In this document: one piece after another, positions 1-9,295 of the stretch
Numbering within the stretch: position 1 is the stretch's first letter
Layout of the letters: every line of letters begins with the position of its first letter
NCBI RefSeq assembly: GCF_000829235.1
Contig: NZ_AP012549.1
Location: 2,370,001 to 2,402,000 of the forward strand
Source of the DNA: a cyanobacterium endosymbiont of Epithemia turgida isolate EtSB Lake Yunoko
GTDB taxonomy: Bacteria; Cyanobacteriota; Cyanobacteriia; Cyanobacteriales; Microcystaceae
Direction of reading: 5' to 3'
Length of the DNA stretch: 32,000 bases
Position numbers and translations under genes: made by a program
The notes under the pieces: generated by a model
What the model saw: the letters and a program-made list of their open reading frames with translations, nothing else
What the model was told of the DNA's origin: nothing
Databases searched by the model: none

Positions 1-220
1 ATTACTACTAGTAAAGTTAGTAAGGTAAATATATGGCGAGTATTATTAATCATAAATCTAGGGTCGACTCCAGACGATCCAGTGAACTAACAAACAAATA
101 GTTTTATTCTGCGCTCTCAGTGTACTCTTACCCGAGGTAAAAAAATAATTTTCACTACGACAGTTTTAAGAATTGCATAAATTACATAATTTTTGATACA
201 ATAGTAGAGCTTATAGTAAT

Positions 221-291
<71 letters not shown>

Positions 292-551
292 TTAAAGTTT
301 AAACTTAGTTCAGTCAGTTTTGCTCCAACTATTATGTATGTTTTTGCGAAGCAACTTATAATTGTTTTTCTGGTTTACTAGAGAAATTGTTCCATCCTAT
401 CGACAAGAATGTTGTTCATGGTGAACGATGTACTGATACCAGAAGATTCTGGATATTTTAGTTTAAAAACCCCAACTACTCAAAGCCCCAAAATTAAAAA
501 TTCTCAGAGACTGTTTGTAGACACACCATTAACGCTTTTTATTCCTCTACA

Positions 552-1053
552 CTATTGAAGATAAAGCAGCATAAACAAAATAATCCGAATAACATCAACA
601 AAATGCCAGAATATTGACTGACATTAATATCGGGTTTACTGGAAGTGTAATTTACCTGGTATCAAACAACGACAATATATAAATAACAATAAAATTATTA
701 TTGTCAAGACATGTAACCCATAAAATACTATCAACAAACAGATAGAAGATTTCGTTAGTTAAACAGCATCCAGTTTAAAAGTGTGTGATGCCATTCTATA
801 CCTTGTAGGATCAAAAAATAATGCCTAATAGAGTCGTTAATAACCACAGTCAACAAAAGCTAACTAACTTGCTTTGTTTGAGAGAATCTTCATTAAAATA
901 AAAAACAAAATTTAATATAATTCTGTTTTTTAGAGGAAGCTCTAATTTAGAAAATTTAGGAAAAAATAAGTTATTTTTAAAAATATAGGAGAATATAAGT
1001 AAGCGACAAGAAAATGAAGTAATCGTGATAACCGGCTTCAACACAGTAACCAT
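552..1053 (-). pseudogene. ctaE: Cytochrome c oxidase subunit III (ctaE) fossil with in-frame stops
   Basis: One minus-strand frame reads LTKSSICLLIVFYGLHVLTIIILLLFIYCRCLIPGKLHFQ*TRY*CQSIFWHFVDVIRIILFMLLYLQ*. This matches the C-terminal Cox3/CtaE pattern (FHGLHV ... PG ... YWHFVDVVW..LF...Y) but carries two in-frame TAA codons. The track ORF 850..1053 (SCRLLIFSYIF...LELPLKNRIILNF) loosely fits the N-terminal LSE..F..F..Y / LE..L..NT.IL helices. There is no intact full-length frame. Confidence 0.6.
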
Positions 1054-1444
1054 AAATAAGTCACTTGATTTCTAAAAAGTCAATTAATCTGTTCTTTATT
1101 TAGTTGACTCTTTAAATTGAGTTGAATTACTCATTGAATTTTAAATAAAGATTTGAATAAAGATATTAACTATAAATTACTATGAAGGTTTCGAGTTTTG
1201 CAACAAAATTATTCTAAATTGACATTCCGCACTTCACTTATAAATGAAGTATTATAAAAATTTATATAAACGCTTTTTTTAAAGAAGTTATTTTGTTCCT
1301 TTGAGTATTTTTATAAACTGAATTTTTATAGCAAACCTTGAAAAGATATTTGACAGTAAAAGTGGCATCTAAGTTTAGATTTTAAAATACTTTTTTACTT
1401 AAAATATAATTAATTACAAGTTAAATATATGACTATTAACACAA

Positions 1445-1480
1445 AATAATTAAGGGTGAAAATTTTCACCCTTAATTATT
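1445..1480 (-). terminator. Intrinsic terminator downstream of murA (perfect 36-nt palindrome)
   Basis: AATAATTAAGGGTGAAAA/TTTTCACCCTTAATTATT has perfect 18-bp arms with a GGGTG/CACCC core. It starts 20 nt after the murA stop and is followed on the minus strand by a T-rich run (ATTATTTTGTGTT). It is also T-flanked on the plus strand, so it could act bidirectionally. Confidence 0.6.
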
Positions 1481-1500
1481 TATATTTCTACTTTTAACTA

Positions 1501-2841
1501 CTAATTAGTTACTGTTGAATATGAGGTTAATTCTTCTTTAGAGGTAAGATTAATTCGACGGAGATTAGCCCCTAATTGACGTAACTTTCCTTCTAAATTA
1601 TCGTAACCACGATCTAAATGATGTAACCCCTGTACTAAGGTCTTTCCTTGAGCTGCTAAGCCCGATAATACTAAAGCAGCTGAAGCCCGTAAATCCGTTG
1701 CCATGACTGGCGCACCCGAAAGGAAGGGAACTCCACGTACCAAAGCAATGTTACCTTTAACGCGGATATCTGCTCCCATTCGTTGGAACTCTGCCACATG
1801 GCGCAGACGATTTTCAAATACAGTTTCGGTGATAACACTATTGCCTTCACTTAGGGTTAGCAAAGCCATAAATTGGGCTTGCATATCAGTGGGAAACCCA
1901 GGAAAGGGTAAGGTTTCAATGTCAGTTGACCGTAACGGTGCAGGAATTAAACGTAAACGATTAGGTTCTTCGATGATTACCTGGGGTCCGATAGCTCGCA
2001 ATTTAGCAATAGCTGAAGCTATATGCTCAGGAATTACAGGAAATAGACTGATTTCTGACTGGGTAATAGCTCCAGCAACTAAAAAGGTTCCTGCTTCAAT
2101 GCGATCAGGGACAACAGAGTAGTCTGTACTATGTAAACGCTCAACCCCAGAGACAATAATCTTATTAGTTCCTGCTCCTCGAATTTTGGCTCCCATAGAA
2201 CAGCAAAAACGTGCTAAATCGATAATTTCCGGTTCTTGGGCTGCATTTTCGATGATAGTTTCCCCATCGGCTAAAGTTGCTGCCATCATAATTGTTTCTG
2301 TGGCACCAACGCTCGGATAGTCTAAATAAATCTTTGCTCCCGTTAAGCGATTGCGACTACCTTTAACACAAGCATGGACTTCTCCATGTTCGATACGAAC
2401 GTCAGCGCCCATGGCTTGTAACCCCTGGACGTGAAGATCCACTGGTCTAGCTCCGATGGCGCAGCCCCCTGGTAAGGGTACACGAGTCATGCCTAAACGG
2501 GCTAATAATGGACCTATAACAAAGAAACTTGCCCGCAGTTGGGATACCAATTCATAAGGAGCTTGGGATTTACTAATACTTCGAGCATTGATATCCAAAA
2601 TGTCACCGTTTCTGTGAAGTTTCACTCCTAAAGCCGCCAAAACTTGGGACATGCGGTTGACATCAACTAGGGAAGGGAGATTCCTCAAGCGACAGTCTTC
2701 AGAACACAAAAGAGAACCTGCCATCAGTGCCAGAGCAGAGTTTTTAGCTCCACTAATGACGACTTCGCCTTTAAGGGGAGTTTGACCCTGAATTTCTAAA
2801 ACCGTTTGCTGTTTTTCAAGATGAGAGGACATAGACATCAA
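1501..2841 (-). CDS. murA: UDP-N-acetylglucosamine 1-carboxyvinyltransferase
   Basis: 446-aa ORF. It shows full-length MurA/EPSP-synthase-fold motifs: [16 protein letters not shown], the [15 protein letters not shown] active-site Cys loop, and [17 protein letters not shown] at the C-terminus. Confidence 0.93.
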   Translation of the reverse strand: MMSMSSHLEKQQTVLEIQGQTPLKGEVVISGAKNSALALMAGSLLCSEDCRLRNLPSLVDVNRMSQVLAALGVKLHRNGDILDINARSISKSQAPYELVSQLRASFFVIGPLLARLGMTRVPLPGGCAIGARPVDLHVQGLQAMGADVRIEHGEVHACVKGSRNRLTGAKIYLDYPSVGATETIMMAATLADGETIIENAAQEPEIIDLARFCCSMGAKIRGAGTNKIIVSGVERLHSTDYSVVPDRIEAGTFLVAGAITQSEISLFPVIPEHIASAIAKLRAIGPQVIIEEPNRLRLIPAPLRSTDIETLPFPGFPTDMQAQFMALLTLSEGNSVITETVFENRLRHVAEFQRMGADIRVKGNIALVRGVPFLSGAPVMATDLRASAALVLSGLAAQGKTLVQGLHHLDRGYDNLEGKLRQLGANLRRINLTSKEELTSYSTVTN

Positions 2842-2944
2842 GATATAGTTAATCTTTATGATTGTTTTTTTAAAACTATAAAAGATTATAGTTTTTAATT
2901 AAAATTCGTCTACAATTTAACCCTAAATAACTAAAAAAGTCTAG

Positions 2945-3013
2945 TTTAACTCTTATGTGTACGCTATATGTCCGCTTTAACTCTTATGTGTACGCTATAT
3001 GTCCGCTTTAACT
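2945..3013. repeat. Tandem direct repeat, 31-bp unit x 2.2
   Basis: TTTAACTCTTATGTGTACGCTATATGTCCGC occurs at 2945-2975 and identically at 2976-3006, followed by a partial TTTAACT at 3007-3013. It lies in the divergent spacer between the murA start and tRNA-Leu. Confidence 0.95.
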
Positions 3014-3112
3014 TAGCAAAAGAGGAAAAAAAAGAGTATTGATAATTGTGGTTTTTAATTCTTGACTTAATTAGCCAAACTAGTTACCATCAGTAAGTAA
3101 CTTTGTCAAATT

Positions 3113-3196
3113 GCGGGGCTGGCGGAATCGGTAGACGCGCTAGATTCAGATTCTAGTGTCCGCAAGGACTTTCGGGTTCAAGTCCCGAGTTCCGCA
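3113..3196 (+). tRNA. tRNA-Leu (anticodon CAG), class II long variable arm
   Basis: Acceptor GCGGGGC/GTTCCGC with two adjacent G-U pairs; D arm GCGG-AATCGGTAGA-CGC; anticodon arm CTAGA-TTCAGAT-TCTAG. The variable arm is GTCC-GCAA-GGAC; T arm TCGGG-TTCAAGT-CCCGA; discriminator A. No CCA is encoded. Confidence 0.88.
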
Positions 3197-3234
3197 TCAG
3201 ATTAGGATCGAGATGAGTACTTGAAAGATCCCCA

Positions 3235-4041
3235 ATGATTACTAGCATTAAGAACCCTCTTGTTAAGCAGATCAGAAAGTTACATCGTACTAAGGGACGG
3301 CGTGAACAAAACCTATTGCTTTTGGAAGGTACTCATTTACTACAGACGGCTTGTCAGGCTAATTGTTCCCTGGTGACATTATGTTTTACGGAACAATGGC
3401 AAGTTCGTTATCCTCAATTATGGACAATTGCATCTAAAAAAGCGCAACGCATCGAACTTGTTACAACAGAAGTGCTACAGTCAATGACAACTACTGTTAA
3501 GCCTGATGGCGTGGTTGCGACTATGGTTTCCCTCAAACAGCCAGAATCAGTGATCACTAATTTTCAGTTGGGTTTAATCTTAGAAAGACTACAAGATCCA
3601 GGAAATTTGGGAACAATTATTCGGACTGCTGTGGCTACTGAAGTTAATGGAATCTGGCTAACTGATGACAGTGTTGAAGTTGATAATCCAAAAGTGTTAA
3701 GAAGTTCTGCGGGTGCTTGGTTTGATGTTCCTATGATAGTCAGTTTTGATTTGTCTACTGTCATTAGAAATTATCAACAGACAGGTGTACAAGTTATTGC
3801 AACTTTACCAACCGCAACCCAACCTTATTGGGAGATAGATTTTACTAAACCTAGTTTAATTGTATTGGGAAATGAAGGGGCAGGATTATCACAAAAACTG
3901 GTTACTTTAGCTGATAAAATTGTTAACATCCCTTTAGGAAAAAAAGTCGAGTCATTAAATGTCGCTATAGCCTGTGCTGTACTTTTGTACGAAGGAAAAC
4001 GGCAACGAGTAAACAGTCAAAGATCGTCTATGCTGAACTAA
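3235..4041 (+). CDS. TrmH/SpoU-family RNA 2'-O-methyltransferase (RlmB-like)
   Basis: 268-aa ORF. The N-terminus is a SpoU substrate-binding-type segment (NPLVKQIRKL..GRRE..LLLLEG.HL). SPOUT motifs follow: LERLQDPGNLGTIIRTA, LGNEGAGLS, IPLGKKVESLNVAIACAVLLYE. Confidence 0.85.
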   Translation: MITSIKNPLVKQIRKLHRTKGRREQNLLLLEGTHLLQTACQANCSLVTLCFTEQWQVRYPQLWTIASKKAQRIELVTTEVLQSMTTTVKPDGVVATMVSLKQPESVITNFQLGLILERLQDPGNLGTIIRTAVATEVNGIWLTDDSVEVDNPKVLRSSAGAWFDVPMIVSFDLSTVIRNYQQTGVQVIATLPTATQPYWEIDFTKPSLIVLGNEGAGLSQKLVTLADKIVNIPLGKKVESLNVAIACAVLLYEGKRQRVNSQRSSMLN

Positions 4042-4394
4042 GTCTATTAAGTTAGTAGCTAATGACTCTTGAAACTCTTATACTAACTTAATTTTAAGGA
4101 AAGAATTGTAATTTTTAATCATCAAAAAGTTCTTACAGTTTATCTACAAAAAGCGTTATTTTTCTCGAAAAATATCCCTACTTCTATCCGTAAAAGATTT
4201 GCAAATGTTCCTAATTTAGATTGGTTTATATCAAAAAATATTAACTTGAACTAATACCATATCTTAATATATTAGATTATTATAAGATATTTTTTTAATA
4301 AATAGTTATTATAGTTAATTTTTATCAATTAAAAGCTTTACATACTTCAATAATACATCGTGTTTACGCGAACGGACAGATACTAAATACCAGC

Positions 4395-4484
4395 TCACTT
4401 AATTAATCTAAATTTACAGTTAATCAATGATGTAGTTTGACCTGAGCCAACTAGGCTGGCTGTCATACCATTCAGTTGGTCAAT
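4395..4484 (-). pseudogene. Possible ABC-transporter ATPase fossil (Walker A-like segment)
   Basis: The minus-strand frame reads IDQLNGMTASLVGSGQTTSLINCKFRLIK*. This resembles the i..Ge..alvG.SGsGKsTLln.i.gl region of ABC ATPases with Lys replaced by Gln and one residue missing. Flanking frames are broken by stops. The call rests on motif-level resemblance only. Confidence 0.25.
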
Positions 4485-4951
4485 TTAAATTTTCTTTTCA
4501 ACTATAATTTATCATAATTCTTCTATAAAACTCACTTTCTTTAGGTTTAATAGCTTCAAACCCTCTTCTGTAAAATTACTTTAGTCAATTCGCTTTCATG
4601 ATTATGAAGCTTTTCTTAAGTGTCTGTTAATATTGGCGGCAGAGTTTTTATGAAAACGCAAATGTATGACCTTAATGGTTACGTGCTGCTCTATTGCTTT
4701 GATAATTACCACAGAAAAGGTAATTTAATCAAAATTTTAAGAATAATCTACATTTAAAACAGCGATTATACGCTTCTCTCCTAAACATTTCCGCCGACAA
4801 ACTACAAACCTACTTTCTCGGATTTTAGTACTTTTTTGGTCTCTTTTAAGCAAATAGAAGGTAAATCTGTTACTTAAAAATCTAGAAGATCAAGGATTTG
4901 ATTTTATCCTAATTTAAACTATCAAAATTACATATACAATATAAATTTGAG

Positions 4952-4981
4952 AAAAAGCTATTGCTTTCAATAGCTTTTTTT
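4952..4981 (+). terminator. Orphan intrinsic-terminator-like hairpin
   Basis: AAAAAGCTATTG-CTTT-CAATAGCTTTTT forms a 12-bp stem with a 4-nt loop and runs into a T7 tract. The A5 on the left arm makes it symmetric. It is about 900 bp from the nearest plus-strand gene end and about 340 bp beyond the ribBA stop, so it does not obviously serve an intact gene. Confidence 0.5.
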
Positions 4982-5316
4982 ATCTAAAGGGTTTGATCAG
5001 TAGTCAAGCAAAAATGGAGGAGTATTGTTTAATAGTTAATCAAGGTGTTGGCGGTCAATATTATTCTATATCGGCTTTTAATAAACTGTCTAACTAACTG
5101 ATTGGTTAATACTGAACAAAATTGTTATAATTTTTCTCTATACTAAGTTATATCCAACATCTTTTTCTGTTTTAGTTGACGTCTAAATCTTCACTTTTAA
5201 TAAAATTGTTGGAAGAAATCCTTGAACAAAAATAATATTTACCTATATTGTAGAGGATAAGAGGAGTGCTAAAGTGTTAAATATAACCTTTGCACAGCTT
5301 CTCAAGGAGACTTCTT

Positions 5317-6984
5317 CTAAGAAAAACTGTATATAGTTTGCATCTGTAAGTTTTTCAAATATTGAGAGGGTTTTTGAGTCACAGGGAAAGTATAACGATC
5401 TAATTGAACTTGCAACCCTAGCATGGGATCATCCCCTGATGAAATAAGAAATTCTAGACGTTGAATACTTTTCCAACCATAAAGTTCATCAAGAATTCCA
5501 GCAATCGTTTGTAAATAAGGATGTTTTGAGTTTTGATACCAGTGGGGATTAACTATTTTTCCTTGTTTAAACCCTAGATGAAAAATCAAGGAAGGACTAC
5601 CAAACAAAGCGATTGCCACGGGTCTAACTTCTTCCTGTAAAAATAATTGAGCTGAACGTCCTAACTTTCGTAGTTTCTCTAAATTAGCATAACGTTCTTT
5701 AGCTAAGCTCTCCTTTATTTCCCAATCAATAGCAACTGTAATTAAATAATTTTTTAATAATAAATGTCCTAATTTTTCAGCTTTGGTCGCTAAATAACTG
5801 GAATTATAATTATTAGGTTCAATTAATAAAGGAACTCTATCTACTACTTCTAAACCATATCCTTTTAAACCAGCAATTTTTCGGGGATTATTAGTAATCA
5901 AACGAATTTGTTCAATACCTAAATCATTTAACATTTGTGCTCCCATACCATAATCTCGCAAATCAGCTGGAAAACCCAATCTTTCATTGGCTTCCACCGT
6001 ATCGAGTCCCATATCTTGTAGGGAATAAGCTTTTAATTTATTAACTAACCCAATACCTCGCCCTTCCTGACGTAAATAAACAACGACCCCTAACCCAGCC
6101 TCCTCAATCATTTTTAATGCGGTTTGCAGTTGCATCCGACAGTCACAACGCAATGATCCCAAGGCATCCCCTGTTAAACATTCTGAATGCATTCGCACCA
6201 TAACCGGTTGATCTGTAAACTGTGCAGGATCTCCCTTGACAATTGCTATATGTTCAGTTCCATCGAGAACATTACGATAGGCATAAACTTGAAATGTCCC
6301 AAATTTACTAGGAAATTTACAGACTGTTTCCCGATAGACAAAGCGATCATATTGAAGACGATAGCTGATTAAATCAGCGATGTTAATCAGTTTTAAATGG
6401 TGTTTTTGGGCATATTCGAACAGTTGAGGGAGTCGTGCCATAGAACCATCAGAGTTTTGAATTTCGCAGATTACCCCAGCTGGATATAGTCCTGCTAACC
6501 TCGATAAATCAACGGCTGATTCTGTATGTCCAGCACGTTTAAGAACACCTCCTGCTTTTGCTCGGATCGGAAAAATATGCCCTGGACGAGTTAAGTCGTC
6601 AGAGTGAGTATCGGGGTTGATTGCTACTTGGATAGTACGGGCGCGATCATCAGCAGAAATACCCGTCGTTACCCCTAGATGAGGTGCAGCGTCAATACTG
6701 ACGGTAAAAGCAGTTTGATTACTATCAGTATTTTTTGTAACCATCAGGGGTAAATCTAGGGAATCGAGCCGTTCCCCCATCATGGCTAAACAAATTAACC
6801 CCCGTGCCTCTACTGCCATAAAATTGATCATATTCGGAGTAGCAAATTGGGCAGCACAAATTAGATCTCCTTCATTTTCCCGATTTTCGTCATCTACTAC
6901 TACAACGGAACGACCGGCTTTAATATCGGCTAAAGCAGCATCGATAGAATCAAATTTGGTAATTGAGTTTGGTGAAGCGTCCAC
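5317..6984 (-). CDS. ribBA: Bifunctional 3,4-dihydroxy-2-butanone-4-phosphate synthase / GTP cyclohydrolase II, with a C-terminal extension of about 148 aa
   Basis: 555-aa ORF with a GTG start. DHBP synthase motifs: VVVVDDENRENEGDLI, GHTES. GTP cyclohydrolase II motifs: the HSECLTGDALGSLRCDC zinc site, LRQEGRGIGL, and YLATKAEKLGHLL at the domain end. A further ~148 residues of unassigned sequence follow. Confidence 0.92.
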   Translation of the reverse strand: MDASPNSITKFDSIDAALADIKAGRSVVVVDDENRENEGDLICAAQFATPNMINFMAVEARGLICLAMMGERLDSLDLPLMVTKNTDSNQTAFTVSIDAAPHLGVTTGISADDRARTIQVAINPDTHSDDLTRPGHIFPIRAKAGGVLKRAGHTESAVDLSRLAGLYPAGVICEIQNSDGSMARLPQLFEYAQKHHLKLINIADLISYRLQYDRFVYRETVCKFPSKFGTFQVYAYRNVLDGTEHIAIVKGDPAQFTDQPVMVRMHSECLTGDALGSLRCDCRMQLQTALKMIEEAGLGVVVYLRQEGRGIGLVNKLKAYSLQDMGLDTVEANERLGFPADLRDYGMGAQMLNDLGIEQIRLITNNPRKIAGLKGYGLEVVDRVPLLIEPNNYNSSYLATKAEKLGHLLLKNYLITVAIDWEIKESLAKERYANLEKLRKLGRSAQLFLQEEVRPVAIALFGSPSLIFHLGFKQGKIVNPHWYQNSKHPYLQTIAGILDELYGWKSIQRLEFLISSGDDPMLGLQVQLDRYTFPVTQKPSQYLKNLQMQTIYSFS

Positions 6985-7672
6985 AGGTAATTGAGGTATT
7001 GATAGAGTTTTTAGTTAATAGTTCTATTTTTACATTCTCACCAATAAACTATTTAAATCTGTTGCTTGATATACTCTAAAATCTTTAAAGATCTTCGTCT
7101 GCAATAGGAAGTATCATGGTTTTGGACCAAAGTAATCACCTGAACAATACTTTTATGGAAAATAACCACCAATTCTCTCTTATTCCATGCGATTTACAAT
7201 CCTATTTCAACATTGAAAACTCCATCCAAATAATCGCTTTATAATTTTTACGTAAAATTTTTTTTATAATTAAATCGGCAATTTACCTGTGATTAAGTTT
7301 ACATTCACAATTATTTTCTCTAAAAAAAGTGCTGCTAAACACCTGATCAACAATTTTTTCTTAGGGGTGTCTGGGAGAAATAACACACCCAATACAAAGA
7401 CTACCACATTAGTTACTGAATAACTTTTGACTGAGGAAAACATGCAGACGGCAGCTGTTTGTCCACCACAAATAAACAGTCTAACCTGAAGTAAAATACT
7501 TAATGATACTGCATTCAGTTTACAATATAGCAGTATGATTGATACATAATTTTTTATAAAAATTTCGTTAAATTACGACGTTATATTATGATACAATTTA
7601 TCATTGTTAGTTTTATCTTGACTTAGGTAAACGACTTTCAGACAACATTCTTTAAATATATTAATCATTCTT

Positions 7673-8374
7673 GTGCAAATTGATGTTATAACTCTATTCC
7701 CTGATTTTTTTACTTCTCCTCTTCAAGAGGGACTCTTAGGAAGAGCTTTAGTTAAAGAGATTGCCCGGGTTAATCTCGTCAATCCTCGTAGATTTGCTCT
7801 TGATAAGCACCATCGCGTAGATGATGAACCCTACGGAGGAGGAGTAGGAATGCTTTTGAAACCTGAGCCTATTTTTTCGGCAGTAGAGTCTCTATCTGTA
7901 TTAGCCAAACCCAATATTATTTTACTGACTCCTCAAGGACAACCTCTTAACCAACCCTTACTACGAAAATTGTCCACTGAGTATGATCAATTGGTTCTCA
8001 TTTGTGGCCATTATGAAGGAGTGGATGACCGTATTCGCCACTTAGTTGATCAAGAAATTTCTTTAGGAGATTTTGTTCTAACCTGTGGAGAAATTCCCGC
8101 ATTAGCTTTAATCAATGGAGTAGTTCGCCTCTTACCTGGAACAGTTGGTAAGATTGAATCTCTTAAGTCTGAAAGTTTTGAAGCTGGGCTACTAGATTAT
8201 CCCCAATATACTCGTCCCTCTACTTTTCGTGGTTTTGAAGTTCCTGAAGTGTTAAGGTCAGGAAATCATCAAGCGATTGAAAAATGGCGGTATCAACAAC
8301 AACTTAAAAGAACTCAAGAACGCCGCTCTGATTTATGGGAAAAATGGTTAAAGTCTTTTCAAAGCAATAAATAA
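7673..8374 (+). CDS. trmD: tRNA (guanine37-N1)-methyltransferase
   Basis: 233-aa ORF with a GTG start. TrmD motifs: IDVITLFPDFF, DDEPYGGGVGMLLKPEP, LICGHYEGVDDR, SLGDFVLTGGE-like (SLGDFVLTCGE), YPQYTRP, SGNH..IEKWR. Confidence 0.93.
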   Translation: MQIDVITLFPDFFTSPLQEGLLGRALVKEIARVNLVNPRRFALDKHHRVDDEPYGGGVGMLLKPEPIFSAVESLSVLAKPNIILLTPQGQPLNQPLLRKLSTEYDQLVLICGHYEGVDDRIRHLVDQEISLGDFVLTCGEIPALALINGVVRLLPGTVGKIESLKSESFEAGLLDYPQYTRPSTFRGFEVPEVLRSGNHQAIEKWRYQQQLKRTQERRSDLWEKWLKSFQSNK

Positions 8375-8467
8375 ATTCAAGATTAAGACTTTAATTCAAT
8401 TGGGTTGCTCAACTACTCTGATGATACGATCACAATCTAAATCAAGGTTAGTCGATTGATATTAACT

Positions 8468-8501
8468 TTATTTAGGATTTTCCCCAGAAAATCCTAAATA
8501 A
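8468..8501. terminator. Bidirectional hairpin between convergent trmD and the 64-aa ORF
   Basis: TTATTTAGGATTTT-CCCCAG-AAAATCCTAAATAA has perfect 14-bp arms and a 6-nt loop. It overlaps the last 11 codons and the stop of the minus-strand 64-aa ORF, and lies 94 nt after the trmD stop. Confidence 0.45.
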
Positions 8502-8662
8502 GATTCTGTTTGCACTACATCACTTTTATCCAATTCTACTTCCTGGGTAAACTTTTTTATAGAATCAGTTAAAGTATGACAAGGGTAATGAGCATGTAAC
8601 CAGAAATTGGTTCTCTGAGTCATTTCTCCCTGAAAAGTTAACATGAATTCTTTAGCGCTCAT
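8468..8662 (-). CDS. Hypothetical 64-aa protein, weakly HicB/UPF0150-antitoxin-like
   Basis: AAGGAG sits 7 nt upstream of the ATG. The segment FWLHAHYPCHTLTDSIKKFTQEV loosely fits the G...A..P.lpGC.T.GdT.eEa..n..Ea core of HicB-type antitoxins. The call rests on motif-level resemblance only. Confidence 0.35.
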   Translation of the reverse strand: MSAKEFMLTFQGEMTQRTNFWLHAHYPCHTLTDSIKKFTQEVELDKSDVVQTESYLGFSGENPK

Positions 8663-9295
8663 CAGTATCTCCTTATTCCTAGGAACTACAATTAATTGAT
8701 TCTGGAGTTGAGAATGAGGAGATAAATGGTTCCGACAAGAGCCAATAAGTAGAGTTAATCATAGGTGATTATATCATTATTGATAGTTTTTTATTTGTTC
8801 ATAAAACTATCAACTACTAAAAATTTAGTAAAGTTTTTGTCAGTTGAGAGCTTTAAAAATTACTAAATTTCCTAGGTAATCACCGAAAGGTAACAAGACC
8901 CTTTTTCCTTTCTAAGTAGCTTTTAGTTCATTATCGAGAGATCAAAAATCTAAACAAGGTATTAGGTTGTGTGAGTTATTGTCCAACTGCTCAGTTAACA
9001 TTCAAAAGTTAGCCGTCATAAATTTTCGATGAAACTTTGTGTATACAATTTTTAAGTAACAGAATAGCCTGTAAAGTCAGAAGTCAATATCTGTTTATTT
9101 TTGGGAATTAATAAAAAAGACCTCTTCTCACTCCTGACTATGACTAACTCATTCTATTTATAGCTAGTAAGATGGCGCAAAATCTTAAGTGTTGCTTATA
9201 CATTAAATATTAAAGTTATAAATTTGAGCTATTTTGTTGAGTTTTTTGGGAGCAAAGCTAAAATGTTTCAACAGACCTCCCATTTCCATAGATAA

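Noticed and set aside
193-220. Sigma70-type promoter (TTGATA ... TATAGT/TAGTAAT) directly upstream of tRNA-Cys
   Set aside because: The spacer between the candidate -35 and -10 hexamers is 13-16 nt depending on the choice. The -10 would abut the mature tRNA 5' end. In such AT-rich DNA these hexamers are expected by chance.
850-1053. 67-aa ORF as an independent gene
   Set aside because: It is better explained as the N-terminal part of the decayed ctaE. It has the same strand and position relative to the WHFVDV-containing C-terminus, and loose Cox3 helix resemblance.
1703-2122. 139-aa plus-strand ORF inside murA
   Set aside because: It lies entirely antisense to a well-supported murA CDS. Its Arg/Ser/Pro-rich, low-complexity translation is typical of the reverse frame of a real gene.
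2945-3013. CRISPR-like array (also considered for 29874..29936)
   Set aside because: The units are directly abutting tandem copies with no spacers, and no cas genes are nearby. These are simple tandem repeats.
3564-3764. 66-aa minus-strand ORF inside the TrmH-family gene
   Set aside because: It is antisense to a motif-supported CDS and has no recognisable motif or RBS.
6187-6994. Plus-strand ORFs 6187..6372 and 6782..6994 inside ribBA
   Set aside because: Both are antisense shadow ORFs of ribBA with no independent support.
6985-7300. FMN (RFN) riboswitch upstream of ribBA
   Set aside because: I read the minus strand upstream of the GTG start and could not find the GC-rich conserved RFN core segments. 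The region is AT-rich with no matching helices.
7330-7460. Possible MFS-transporter fossil (minus-strand VLFLPDTPKKKL, compare ..FlPESPRwL) in the ribBA/trmD spacer
   Set aside because: This is a single short motif-like match in AT-rich sequence with no supporting flanking similarity that I could read.
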